A stretch of 64,000 bases of DNA from Octopus bimaculoides (taxonomy: Eukaryota), in the NCBI RefSeq assembly GCF_001194135.2, contig NC_068986.1:114347890-114411889 (forward strand), written 5' to 3'. Below are positions 25,280 through 37,599 of the stretch, piece by piece; positions within the stretch are counted from its first letter, which is position 1; each line of letters begins with the position of its first letter. The notes below the pieces were generated by a model. It ran no database searches and had not been told where the DNA came from. It saw only the letters and a list, made by a program, of their open reading frames with translations. The position numbers and the translations under genes are program-made.

Positions 25280-25850
25280 GAGGTAACATGACGTCATAGC
25301 AAAGATAGTTCATTGACTTTGCGACAGTTATGGACTTAGCAGCGTAGAAAAGTGATAGGAACATAAACGCGAAGGCATTATCGAAAATGAAAATGCAAAG
25401 ATTCTGTGGAACTTCATGTTTCAGTCTGACCATGAGATAGGGAACCGGAAACCAGATATAGCGATAATTGAGAAAGAAAGCAAACAGTTCAGAATCATAG
25501 ATATATTATATCCAGCTGACCAGAAGATTTGTGACAAAGAAGAAAACAATGTCGATAGATATGACTGGTTAGCTTGAAAGGTTAAGAATTGGTCGCTGGA
25601 AAAGGTGGGTAGTAACACTAATAACTGTCGGAGCGTTAGGAAGAGTAAGTAAAGACCGTTAGAGATACATTGAACAAATAAATAGGAATCGCAATTTGAG
25701 TGGAGTACTTGGAGAAAGCAGCACTGCTTAGAACAGCTATAATACTCCGCGGGGTACTTGAAAAATAAGAGCTGTAACCTCATTTCACTGGTAATAAACA
25801 GCTGACATTGGAATACATTTCCAGCGTTAGAAGCTGGGCAAAGAAAACAT
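25280..25850 (+). mobile_element. R4-like 3' end, same subfamily as 50968-52396
   Basis: Translates HDVIAKIVH..EGIIENENAKILWNFMFQSDHEIGNRKPDIAIIEKESK. Its 3' UTR (cagctgaca..tccagcgttagaagctg) is shared with 51240-51305; it ends at (GGA)n. Confidence 0.85.
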
Positions 25851-26566
25851 AAAAAGGAGGAGGAGGAGGAGGAGGAGGAGGGGGAGGAGNNNNNNNNNNN
25901 NNNNNNNNNNNNNNNNNNNNNNNNNNNNNNNNNNNNNNNNNNNNNNNNNNNNNNNNNNNNNNNNNNNAGGAGGAGGAGGAGGAGGAGGAGGAGAAGAGGA
26001 GGAGGACAATGATAGTTTCGTTTCTTTGCCACAGAGGTACCAATAAGGGAGACATTACAAGGACAATTTTCGATTTGTTTGTGGGAGATTACATAAAAAA
26101 AGAAGAGAAGAAGCGGAGAGGAGGAGGAATGCCGTAGCTGACCATTGACTAAACAACCACAACAACCACTGCTGATAACTACTACGACTACTACTACGAC
26201 TACTACTACTACTACATGTGCTGCCGCTGCTGTCCGTACAAATGTTCACGTACGTCATTCCGATATCGCATTTATTATTGTTAATCATTCAACACTGTAG
26301 GTAGCTATATAACTTAACCCCACCTCCCTTTTCCTCCTCCTCCTCCTCCTCCTCTCTCTCCTTCTCTCTCTCTCCCAAAGAGATTCATTTAAAAATATCA
26401 ATATAATGTAGCTATTGATGGATTAGATTTCCAAGGATTTAATTAAAATGTTAAATTAAAGGAAATTACTAATTAAGAATTACATTTATTAGTTTAGAAA
26501 ATATATTTAACATCTTAGAATCTGAGAATCTGTCTTTTTATCATATATAGATAGAGAGAGAGGTGG

Positions 26567-26621
<55 letters not shown>

Positions 26622-26695
26622 ACCGGCAATACAACGGGGGAAACTGCAGAGCATTGAAATTCACAACGGTATTCAGTATTTCTGTTCACTTAAGC

Positions 26696-26999
26696 CAGTG
26701 ATTCTTAATCGGGTTCCATATGGGTCCTGGGGGTGGGGCCATAAAAGATCTTGTTCTTAAAATTTATGTGTAATTAATTGTTTATACCTCTACAATACAC
26801 AATTTTTGAGTTTCTCACTTTTTTTTTTGTGAAATTCCTAATAATATTAAATTATTAAAATCTAGTAGGATCTTTTTTATATGCATTGAATGGTTATGGG
26901 GTCCACTAGGTTAGGGTTAGGATTAAGGTTAGGGGTTAGGGTTAGGGGTTAGGGTTAGGGCTAGGGGTTGCATTAGCCAAAAATGATGGAGAATGACTG
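26696..26999. mobile_element. hAT (Charlie/Buster-type) MITE
   Basis: TIRs cagtgattcttaatc / reverse complement cagtcattctccatc (12/15). Perfect 8-bp TSD acttaagc at 26688-26695 and 27000-27007. Subterminal ggggtcc-like motifs. Confidence 0.9.
26906..26967 (+). repeat. Interstitial telomere-like (TTAGGG)n tract inside the MITE
   Basis: About 9 units: 4 TTAGGG, 2 TTAGGGG, plus TTAGGA, TTAAGG and CTAGGGG. Confidence 0.9.
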
Positions 27000-27418
27000 A
27001 CTTAAGCGATTCCATAAAGGACTAAGCTGGAGATAATAAAAATCTTTTACAAATATGATAAGAAAACGATAGTTACGGGTTTTCAATATAATGTTTAAAT
27101 AAAAAGATGTTCCTTACGTAACGAGCTGTATACATGTACACACACACAAACACACAAAAACACACACACAGACACTACCTAATGTATTCATATTAATATC
27201 TTTTTTAATTGAGAAGCAACATCAAAGATTCTGACACTACTTGCCAAAGTTTATATATGCAGCTCTTGGTAGTGTACAGAATTATATGTTAAAATATAGA
27301 AAGATTAGTCAGACGAAGTGATGGTATGGATTCCTTGATTGCTCGTATGAAGGTAGAATAGATCTTCAAATTTCGCTAAGCAAATGAAATGAAATATTGC
27401 TGAACACTAGACACACCA

Positions 27419-27504
<86 letters not shown>

Positions 27505-28153
27505 GTGAGTGTGTGAGTGTGTGTGTGTGAGTGTGTGTGAGTGCGTGTGTGTATGTACATGTATATTTTATACACACACACACACACACACACAAAGTGT
27601 GAAGAGAGAAAGAAAGAAAGAATTCTAGGTCATGCTTGTTTTTTTTCATTTCTATTTCTTTTTTAATCATTTCCACTCTCAATAGATAGAGATTGGAGGG
27701 AGATTTCGCTACTCTTTCTATTACTAATCTATTAATTGACGGCGACATAGTGGTCTCCTCCACTGCGTCGCGGTCGCATCGAGAGTTCGTCAGATGTGTG
27801 TTGGTTATTCATATGTCAAAATACCTACAGCAACATGTAAACAGTTAACTACATCCTACTGAAAATATGCTATGGGCGGATTTTCCATAATAACCCGCTC
27901 GCTCCTTGCGTGAAAATGAAACGTCTAACAATGCACGTCACATTACTTCCGGCGTGATAAACCGCCGACATTAGAAAAAAAAATGTCTTTGCTTCGATGA
28001 TCACAGCAAGTTTCAGGTACAAGGTTAACCTTCATGAAACACAGCAAAAGCCCATATATTGGGCATGCGTGTGTTGTGTGTGTATTTCTGTGTTTATGTT
28101 TTTGTGATTAAGAGAGGGGAGAGCTTTTGAGTATGTATTTGCATACACATACG

Positions 28154-28185
<32 letters not shown>

Positions 28186-28199
28186 CCTATCTCTCTCTC

Positions 28200-28242
<43 letters not shown>

Positions 28243-29233
28243 TACACACACACGCACACACACACATACAAACAGATACATGCATGCATACATACATACA
28301 TACATACATACATACATACATACATACATACATACATACATGCATGCATACATACATATATGAGTTGGAAGTGTGAGTGGGTGTGTGCGTACGCGTAAAT
28401 GTATATGAATATTTATATATATAGAGAGAGAGGTAAAGACACACCCCTCCAAATTAGACTTTTCCTTCTCCCTGCTCTCCCTCATCTCCCTACACCGCTC
28501 CCAGTTCGACAGTGCAATTAACCAGAATTTACGATACGCTAATTAAAGTTATTCATCTATAGTGTTTACGACTTCACTGATTACTATAACACAAGCAACA
28601 TATACATGCACACATTTACATACATATATAGATACACATATTTGAATATACATTTATATATATATATATATATATACATACATACATACATACAGACAGA
28701 CAGACATACATACATTATATACATATACATATATATATACACACACATATATATGTATGTATGTGCGTACGTATGTATATGTATATAATGTTAGTTTTTA
28801 AATACACGCACAGATATATACAGACATACATATACACGAGTAGTCTGACACGTGTATAAACATAATCTTAGAAACCTTACAGATACAGAAATACAGGAAG
28901 AAAAGAACACATATATGTGTGTATGTGTATGCGTGTGTGTGTGTGCGGCGCATGGCGATCTTTCGATATTTGTACATATAATATGGCAAAGTGCAATAAA
29001 CTGTACTGGTTGAAAGTGAAACGAACCCACTAATTGCCATCGCATGTGTTTGCGTACCTATGTGCGATATGTATAACTGAGTACGTTTGTTTGTGTGTGT
29101 ATGCGTATGTGTGTGTATGTGTGTGCGTGTGTGCGCACGCGTGCGTATGCGTATGTGCATGTGCGTGAGTGCGGGTGTGTCCGTGTGAGTGAGTCCTCGT
29201 GTTGCATGTCAAAGTTCCAATCTTCCAATCTTC

Positions 29234-29460
29234 TGGCGCGTGGATTGGTCGATAGGGTATTGGAATGACGTTCGTTAGATTTTCGGTTCTATTCGTGAAC
29301 CGGGTGGCGCACTGTGTTCTTGAACAAGATACTTATCCAGAAAATAAGTGACAGTGACCCAAAGCATTTATCCCTGCAGCGGACGGGCGTCCTGTCGAAG
29401 GAGAATTTTGTAATCTACCCCTAGACGTCTGGAAAACCCAGACAAGAGCCAGCACCATCA
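29234..29460 (+). mobile_element. SINE family C (degenerate)
   Basis: tggcgcgtggattggtcgataggg..ctgtgttcttgaacaagatactt..gaaaaccc. Confidence 0.5.
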
Positions 29461-30454
29461 GTCCATCAGCTCAAGGCAGAAACAAATATTTTGCCATAAA
29501 GTCTTCAGTTCAATAATTTTAATAGACAGAAACATCAAAATAAGCTAAAATGACCACAACATAAGATCAGGGAACCATTATTATTGATCGCTGATAATGT
29601 TTGCTTATGATTTGATTATCGTTCAATTTCAATTGTAACAATTTACTTAGTTTGTTCTTCATATCCAATGGACAAATTTCGAAAGATCATCATATATAAG
29701 TGTATGTATGTGTGTGTATATGTATGTGTGTAGGGAGAGAGAAAGGGAGAGAAAGAGAAAGACAGAATAACATTCAGTGCAAGGCCCCGTTTAACTTCAC
29801 TGTAACTACACGATTTCTAGGTCTTTCTTTAATTTATTTAAAGTAGACTTCATTCAGTTACATAGGTATATCATATTTGATAGGAACACCATTCAAATAT
29901 CATATGCTACCATACCAAATTTCGCCGAAACCTGTACTTCTAACATGTATCAATTGAATTCACCACACTATCTTAATCACTGGTTTCACTTTAAGCTCGC
30001 TCCAAATTGCAATTGCATTAACCCTGTTATATCCCCGCCCCGATTCTAAGTACCCGGTAGTGATATAGACTATAAATGTAACGTGAAAGCTGATAATCCT
30101 TTCTCATATTTACACACTTTAAATTACTCCTTAATAACAATACATTTAATAACCCTAATGAAAGCAATGAAACGACTCATTTATGTAGGATTTAGAAAAT
30201 TACACTCTCAACCACAAAGTAGAATAGAGCATCGTATCTATCAAAGCAAAGTAATTAATGACCTTGTAATTTATGAACAATCGAGAGATAAGCTATCATA
30301 TTACATATTAACAAATGTACAGGTCCTAAACATAGACAACAAAAATATTTACTTTTAAATACATGCATGCATGAGCGCGTGGAAACTTATGCTATAAAAC
30401 CTAGAAACCAACCTCAGCAAAGAGCAATTCCTAAGATGTATCCTAAAACTTAAA

Positions 30455-30902
30455 TATCATGTCATCCCATAAGTTTTGTTAGATTTTACCTTTTTTAAAA
30501 TCGAATGAAATTTAATAGTATTTTAGAATGTCTAATGGTATTTAAAATTATTTTTATGCATTTGTATACATTTAAACTAAATAGATATTATTTAACAGAA
30601 TAATAGAATTAACATTTCTTTGATTAAAACCCTTTCTAACATGGAAGTATCCAAAGACAATTTGAGGCACATAATGCTTTATGAGTACAAAAAAGGAAAC
30701 TCTGCAGCCGAAGCGACTCGAAACATTAACTCAGTTTATGGGAAAAACTGCTTGAATGAAAGAACTTGCAGAAGATGGTTTGCAAAATTCAGAAGTGGAA
30801 ATTTCAGCCTTGAAGATGAAGATCGAACAGGACGTCCAGTTGAGTTTGATGATAAGCTCATTGAGGCATTACTTGAAGAAAATCCTGCATTATCAGTTGA
30901 AG
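30455..30902 (+). mobile_element. Mariner element, 5' end and transposase N-terminal HTH, 3'-truncated
   Basis: TA then tcatgtcatcccataagttttg (TIR-like). MEVSKDNLRHIMLYEYKKGNSAAEATRNINSVYG..ERTCRRWFAKFRSGNFSLEDEDRTGRP is a Mos1-type HTH. Confidence 0.9.
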
Positions 30903-31223
30903 AAACATTAAGGCCCAACGGCCCTTAATGTTTGTCTACGTCGATTGTTTACTCTGTACGTCAACCCTGTCATTGTTAGCTCGTTCGAATCTCTACCTCT
31001 CCATGAATTTTATATTTTTTTTAATTTTTGGATGCTGCTGTCTTATGAAGTTTTTCTATCTTGCCGTTAAAGGCACGAAATAGGGAGTAATGAACAGTCC
31101 CACAACTGATGAGGAGTTGTCTTCTTTTGCTATTTTGTCCTCTACTTTTCTCTCCTGTGTTTACGTAGTTTCACTTATTGGTGATGTCTTGTAGACAAGG
31201 CATATTTCTATTTACATATATAT

Positions 31224-31230
<7 letters not shown>
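30903..31230 (+). mobile_element. Dispersed repeat family G, copy 1 (PLE-tail-like)
   Basis: Collinear with 37600-37990 and 61260-61780: aac.gccctta..gtttgt, acc.ctcc..aaat hairpin, gaaa..gag, ctgatga, tgacgtc.tgt.c. Confidence 0.55.
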
Positions 31231-31275
<45 letters not shown>

Positions 31276-31838
31276 NNNNNNNNNNNNNNNNNNNNNNNNN
31301 NNNNNNNNNNNNNNNNNNNNNNNNNNNNNNNNNNNNNNNNNNNNNNNNNNNNNNNNNNNNNNNNNNNNNNNNNNNNNNNNNNNNNNNNNNNNNNNNNNNN
31401 NNNNNNNNNNNNNNNNNNNNNNNNNNNNNNNNNNNNNNNNNNNNNNNNNNNNNNNNNNNNNNNNNNNNNNNNNNNNNNNNNNNNNNNNNNNNNNNNNNNN
31501 NNNNNNNNNNNNNNNNNNNNNNNNNNNNNNNNNNNNNNNNNNNNNNNNNNNNNNNNNNNNNNNNNNNNNNNNNNNNNNNNNNNNNNNNNNNNNNNNNNNN
31601 NNNNNNNNNNNNNNNNNNNNNNNNNNNNNNNNNNNNNNNNNNNNNNNNNNNNNNNNNNNNNNNNNNNNNNNNNNNNNNNNNNNNNNNNNNNNNNNNNNNN
31701 NNNNNNNNNNNNNNNNNNNNNNNNNNNNNNNNNNNNNNNNNNNNNNNNNNNATATGATATATGGAGTTAGACAAGTAAAACACGTGCTAGAAAAAGCATA
31801 CTAAAATGAGACGAACGCATCAAAGGAAAAGAAATAGA

Positions 31839-31873
31839 TTTGACGTTTCGGTTTATAACCTTTATCATAAAAG
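31839..31873 (-). ncRNA. Degenerate PLE-type minimal hammerhead ribozyme motif
   Basis: Minus strand reads CUUUU-AUGAUAA-A-GGUU(AUA)AACC-GAA-ACGU-C-AAA: stem II, palindromic ACGU and GUC triplet present; C3 and G8 are mutated. Confidence 0.5.
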
Positions 31874-31998
31874 TAAAAGGATTATGGAAGAAAAAGAAAA
31901 GAAATAGGCATGATACCAAATTTTTAACGTTTCTCTTTTTTTCTTTGTCTCTCCCGCTGTGCACTCTTTTACTCTGTCTCTCCCCTCTCTCGCTGCCC

Positions 31999-32045
<47 letters not shown>

Positions 32046-32947
32046 TCTGTACGCACGCACACACACACAGATATATATATATATATATATACGCACACAC
32101 ACATTGGATTTCAGTTTCTTCGACTTTCGGGGTTGCGTCTTGCATTTCGTTCCCGCCTCTATACTCACTATATCCCCTCTGTCTCTCTTTCTCTCTCTGA
32201 GTCTTCTATAACTGGTCTTCTATCAATCTCTATTATTTTTAACTATTTATTTAAAAACAAAACTACAATCATAATTACCATCATCAAGCTGACATTTATC
32301 TTATCATGACTACATTTACTTGAATCTGTAAGCTTTGATAAAATACAAGAACATGCTATAACTTTCCTCCATGATAAGTGTAGCCATTTACTCCCACTCT
32401 CTGTATTTCTTTCTCCCCCACCCTCTTCCTCTCAGTCCCGCTTTCTCTCACTTTCTTTTCAAGCATTGGTTTGTTCCTATTTATGTATTTATTTACATTC
32501 TTCGTTTCACGTTTCTCTCTAACGAATCTTTTTAGAAATTCAAATATTTTAGAACTGGGCGAATGCCTTGTGAGGCATTCATAATGTAGACGATCTTCGT
32601 TTCAATCCTAGAAACTTGTTGTTGTTTTTCCTTCGTTTTCTTGCTATTAAAATATCCAAAAGATAATCGTTAGAAGCATATTGCAGTTTGTAGCAAAATT
32701 ATAGTGTATGTGTGTTAGTTACTGAATTCACTAGAAACTAAGTATATGAGCAAGTAGGACACCGGAAATGGCTTGGAACTATAACATAGGGTTCACTGTA
32801 AGGTAAAACATCAATGAAGGTATCAAGTGTTGGTAGGATACTGCTGAGATATAAGTAATGAATCCAATTTAAACCATAGATCCGATCAGGGCTGGTTCTA
32901 GGTATGGCCTAAGTATAAAAAGAACACAAGTGCAGTCTAACGTTCAC

Positions 32948-33025
32948 GACAGCCGTTTCGGTAGAGTTTTATTGATGTGTTCATAGATCACACTATATAT
33001 CATACAATCCACCATCTTCAGACAA
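32948..33025 (-). ncRNA. Hammerhead-like motif with long stem II
   Basis: Minus strand reads CUGAAGA-U-GGUGG..(about 45 nt, partly self-paired)..CUACC-GAAACGGC. Core boxes are intact; stems I and III are poor. Confidence 0.35.
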
Positions 33026-34989
33026 ATTTTCAACTTGATCATGACGAATCCGACCAGCATTGTTGGATAAGTATTTTGAAAATAACATTCCAATAGAGAA
33101 ATTAAGAATAGCTTTAACGGGCATGCGAGAAATAAAGGGAAATATTTATCTAAATGTGTTTTTAGCCAAAACTGGCAGTGCGAAGTACAAGAATCACAGA
33201 CATGCTGCAGCCATATTTGTCCTTAAGGTCATTAAAGCCAAACAGATATTTTGTAAGTTAAATGATAAAAGAAAAACTTCAGTCATCAGCCTTCTTCCCT
33301 CGCTCCAGCACAGACACAAACACACACACACGCATATATACACATGCGTACACATATATGGGCATACATATATATATATACATATATTTATATATATACA
33401 TACACAAATATATACACACACACACATATCCACATACACATCGCAACACATGGCGAAGCTAGATTAAAAGATATTAGTTCCAAATCCGTGTAGAGAAATC
33501 GAATCCTGATCACCGAGCTGGTGAAGCGAACTTCTTTACGACTTACTCATAGCAGCTTACAAAGTCACAAACGTATGTGTACAAGTTCTAGTAGTTCAAT
33601 ATTTCATTTGACACAATTTGTTATTACTTCTATATCTATTATGTGTTCTATGGGTGTACGTATGTGTAATTGTGTGTTTGTGTCCATTTGTGTGATGTAT
33701 GCGTGTTTTTTTTTCTGTGTGTATGTATCTTGTTTAGTGTGTATGGTGTGGATGTGCCTGCGTCTATTTGATTATTTTTATTTCCATGTGGACGCTACTA
33801 TGTTTACGTATGCATATACACTGACTTATTTAAATATATGTCTGTGTTCGTGCGCATAGAAGTATATGTGTGCGCGCGTGTATGTCTATTTCAGAGTTTA
33901 TATGTGTATATACATGTAAGTTTAGAAATGCACAGATGAATCTATTTAAAGCTACTTAAATTATATTTCATTTCTTACCAACCCCTAATTCTTTGAGGTG
34001 AGAATTCCATATAAAATAGTTTCTCATTAGAATTTTAAATTTTGAACTCAAGAAATATATTATTTCGCAGTTGTATTTTGACGATGGTCGACAAATTCTA
34101 CCACATTTCTCCAGGGTCAATCAATTTTTGTTCTGTTTTGTTGTTTTGCTTTGTTTTTTTCTTTCCGTAGGCTGAGGGAGTTGTATTTTGTTTTTAGCTT
34201 TTCTTACTTATTTCTTGCTCTGATTTTGTTGTTTATTTTAAATACATTATGTTTCTTTACTATATTGATTCGTCGTTTCTTATTTCCTTGCTTTTTTCCT
34301 TTTTGCTTTCCGAACAATTTGCGGAAAGAATGATTAAACATAGTTTTTATCATTGATTTTCTTCACAAGGTTTCATCGGTGTTAATGTATTAGAAATAAA
34401 AATCTTTCCTTGAAGTTTTTCGATAAATACGAAATGTTATTTTAATTCCACCACTGCTGTAGGATTAGAGTGTTTTTTTCTTTTTTTCTTCTTAAATAAT
34501 ATTTATTTTGTCCATTTTCTGTGGTTGTTAAAATAGTAATTTTTTCTTTGCCTTTCATTGTTATACGAATTTAAAGATCGGATTTCATGCTATGATGTTA
34601 TGTGACCCGTATAGGAATTCATATCCTTAGGTTTCGGTGTATAACCTCTAAACTCTATCAAATTCTAACTTCAGGATATTACTTACACGAATTAACTAAA
34701 TATCTCCCACACAAAACCACCTTTCAATTTATTTTGTATTTTATTTATTTATCTACTGGCTTTAATAATTAATCTCTGGCCAAGCTGGAACTATGCTTTC
34801 TTTGATACTGTTGATTTTATCGACCACAGAAGGCCAAACCAATGAAACAGATTCAATGCGATCGCTAGATCTACCAAAAATAGTAGAAATATACCTGAAA
34901 CCACACATTATTATTTTGGTTAAAAGTAAAACCACATTAAGATAATGTCTTCCCAGACGCATTACGTCTGAAGGACGCGTTGAGATAAT

Positions 34990-35100
34990 ATAGATGTTGT
35001 TGCACAAAATCTGAATACACCATATATTAGGACGGTAGGAACAAATTTAATCATAGATCTACTGGAACAGTGCTGAGCTGAGGTTAAACAACAACAACCT
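34990..35100 (+). mobile_element. Family F 3' part
   Basis: taatcatagatctactgg..gctgaggttaaacaacaacaac. Confidence 0.55.
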
Positions 35101-35707
35101 TAGGACGACGGATAGAATCTGAACACTGAACTAAAGAGACGATTCATAATACCCCAAAATAGTCAGATGTTCGACGAAATCTCCAAACCAACCGCCACAT
35201 GTAAGGCTTTTTTTTCAGTGCTCTTCCGACACTACTATTCAATCGCCACACATCGTCCGACATTCTACCAATCCTACATCCAAATGTCACAGATTAAGAA
35301 TGTGATTTAATATTTATAATTGGTTGACTGACGGAAACACTACAAAATCATTTAATTGCAACCATTTGCTTCTTCAGATCAAATCCTGATAAGGTTCAAC
35401 TTTGCTTCTCATTCTTCCTACTGCACAAAAATAAGCACCAAGCAGGTACTGGAATCGTTACAATGGATTATACTCATTCCCCATAATTATGTTCCTTTGC
35501 CGAAGTTAGATATGAATATTTACCAACCATTTCTATATATACATGCAGACACGCGCGCGCGAACACACGCACGCACATCTCTAATTCCCGAAATTCCTCC
35601 CAGTATAATGTCTCTTGAACTCCATTTTCCCGAATGTAATTCTTGGCCTAAGACACTATCCAAGAATGTATTTTGATGACTTCGCTGTTGTTTTTCTTTC
35701 TCCTTCC

Positions 35708-35793
<86 letters not shown>

Positions 35794-36599
35794 TCTCTCA
35801 GAACTGCAAATCAATGCTCAAACTAAGTCAGAAAAGTCTCGGATATAATCGTGTATTCGCCAAAATGCATCAGTATCGTATTTAACACCATTGTACTGTT
35901 AAAACAAATTATTCATCCATCAACGCAAAGTTGCTTACCTGTATGTATGTGTGGAGGAGGGTGTTAGTATGTGTGATTGTATGCGCTGTATTCAATTTAC
36001 GATTGCGCACTAATCTTTATTCCTTTTTTCGAGGTCTTCATATATTCGTATGGGTTCCTTGAGGTTTGTCTAAAAGAGAAACGTCCCAAAATGCATAATG
36101 TTGAGTCATGAATATTATATTTACCAATATTTGTCAATTTCTGCGAAGAAATTCTTTAGAGTATACATTTGTTGTCCACCAATGTTTTCCTATTAGTTTT
36201 ATCGTGTATTGTGTGGCGTAGTACATTGCTATTTCTTACAGTTGCCATCAGGAGGTCTATAACTCACTTTTGCCAAGGAATTTAATTTTGTATACTACAC
36301 GGGTGATTAATAGCAACGTCGCGAGTTTACATGAATGTAAATCGGGCGAGAATGGGTGAGGAGGTTGTTCAGATGTTCCCTAAATTACTTATCTTTCCAC
36401 TAAAGGCATCTTAGATTTTAATGGAATTATAATAGATGATGACTAACACCTCGTAGAAGCTTCCAGAACGCACAGATAAGAAAGAGAAATATTGAAGCAA
36501 TAGTTGCTTGGGTGTCGAGCGAGATTGAGTGAGGAATTTGTTCTGATATTCCTTAAGTAACTTATCTTTCCACTCTAAGTATCACTATTTCATATATTT

Positions 36600-36730
36600 A
36601 AGGCAATAGATTCACAGAATTGGTAGAGAATCGGAAAATGCTCAAAATGTTTAATTTAGACATAGCTTTTTAAGTTCCAAGTTCAAATACCGTCGAGACA
36701 GACTTTCCTTTGATCCTAGTTTGCTATTAA
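36600..36730 (+). mobile_element. SINE family A, highly degenerate
   Basis: aggcaat..cagaattggtag..aagttcaaataccgtcgag..actttcctttgatcct. Confidence 0.4.
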
Positions 36731-37599
36731 AGTGTTATTTTATTTTTATTTTTACAACCAATACTAGTCATAATCAAAAGTAAATAGCCGACTCGCTAAG
36801 ACAACTCTAGGGTCACGGTTGACCATTCAAAAAAGAAGAAAAAAATCTTACCCAGATCTGCGTATACAGTTACTGGCATGGGCATGATTTTGTTTTTTGT
36901 ATCGAAGGCTGGTAGCTACCCATGCATAAAAACGTCCCTTCTTTAGCTACCTATGTTGTATATTTGTGCCTGTGCATGTGTGTATGTGTGTGTGTATGCT
37001 TCGTGCGTGTATCAGTGAGTGCAGGTTTGTTTATGAGATGCACTGAAAATGATTGGTAAATATTATAATATTAGTAGTCCCAAATGGTGTCGTCGCAAGT
37101 GTTACTCTAAAAATAGAAGGGACCGGAATTGATACTCCGAAGCATAATATCCGAAACTCTAAAACTTCCACCAATCCAGCGATGTGAGTGAGTGGAAAAC
37201 AGCTGGATGATGGTGCTTAAATCCAACAGCCAAAGCTCAAAATCCGGCAATATTTCTGTGGTCCTAACACTGTAAAGAGGCAGTAAACACGCCACCATCA
37301 CTCCATCTTGAATACGGGGCTATGAAATTTTAGAAACATTCATGACAGAACCTTAATATTCCAAACACACTTGTAAGAAACTCATACGAAAATACGCAAA
37401 GAAAAATACCTTGGAAAAAAAGCTAAAAGTAGAACATAGTGTGTTTTCAACACATATCTATAAGAAAAACGGTTTCCATATTTAGAAATATACATATATG
37501 CATATATATGTCTGGGTGACCATCTTTCTTTTCCTGCACGGACGTTTAAGGGAAAGGACATGTTTTATCTCTCTCTCTCTCTTCTATCTTTTCTTTTTT

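Noticed and set aside
26906-26967. True chromosome end
   Set aside because: Short, degenerate, internal and enclosed by MITE TIRs and TSD.
30017-30035. I-SceI-like site or piggyBac TTAA|CCCT end
   Set aside because: It needs indels to match I-SceI, and no partner AGGG|TTAA end was found.
30110-30420. Possible Penelope N-terminal remnant
   Set aside because: Only scattered short resemblances (GFRKLHSQP, IYEQ); cannot be supported without an alignment.
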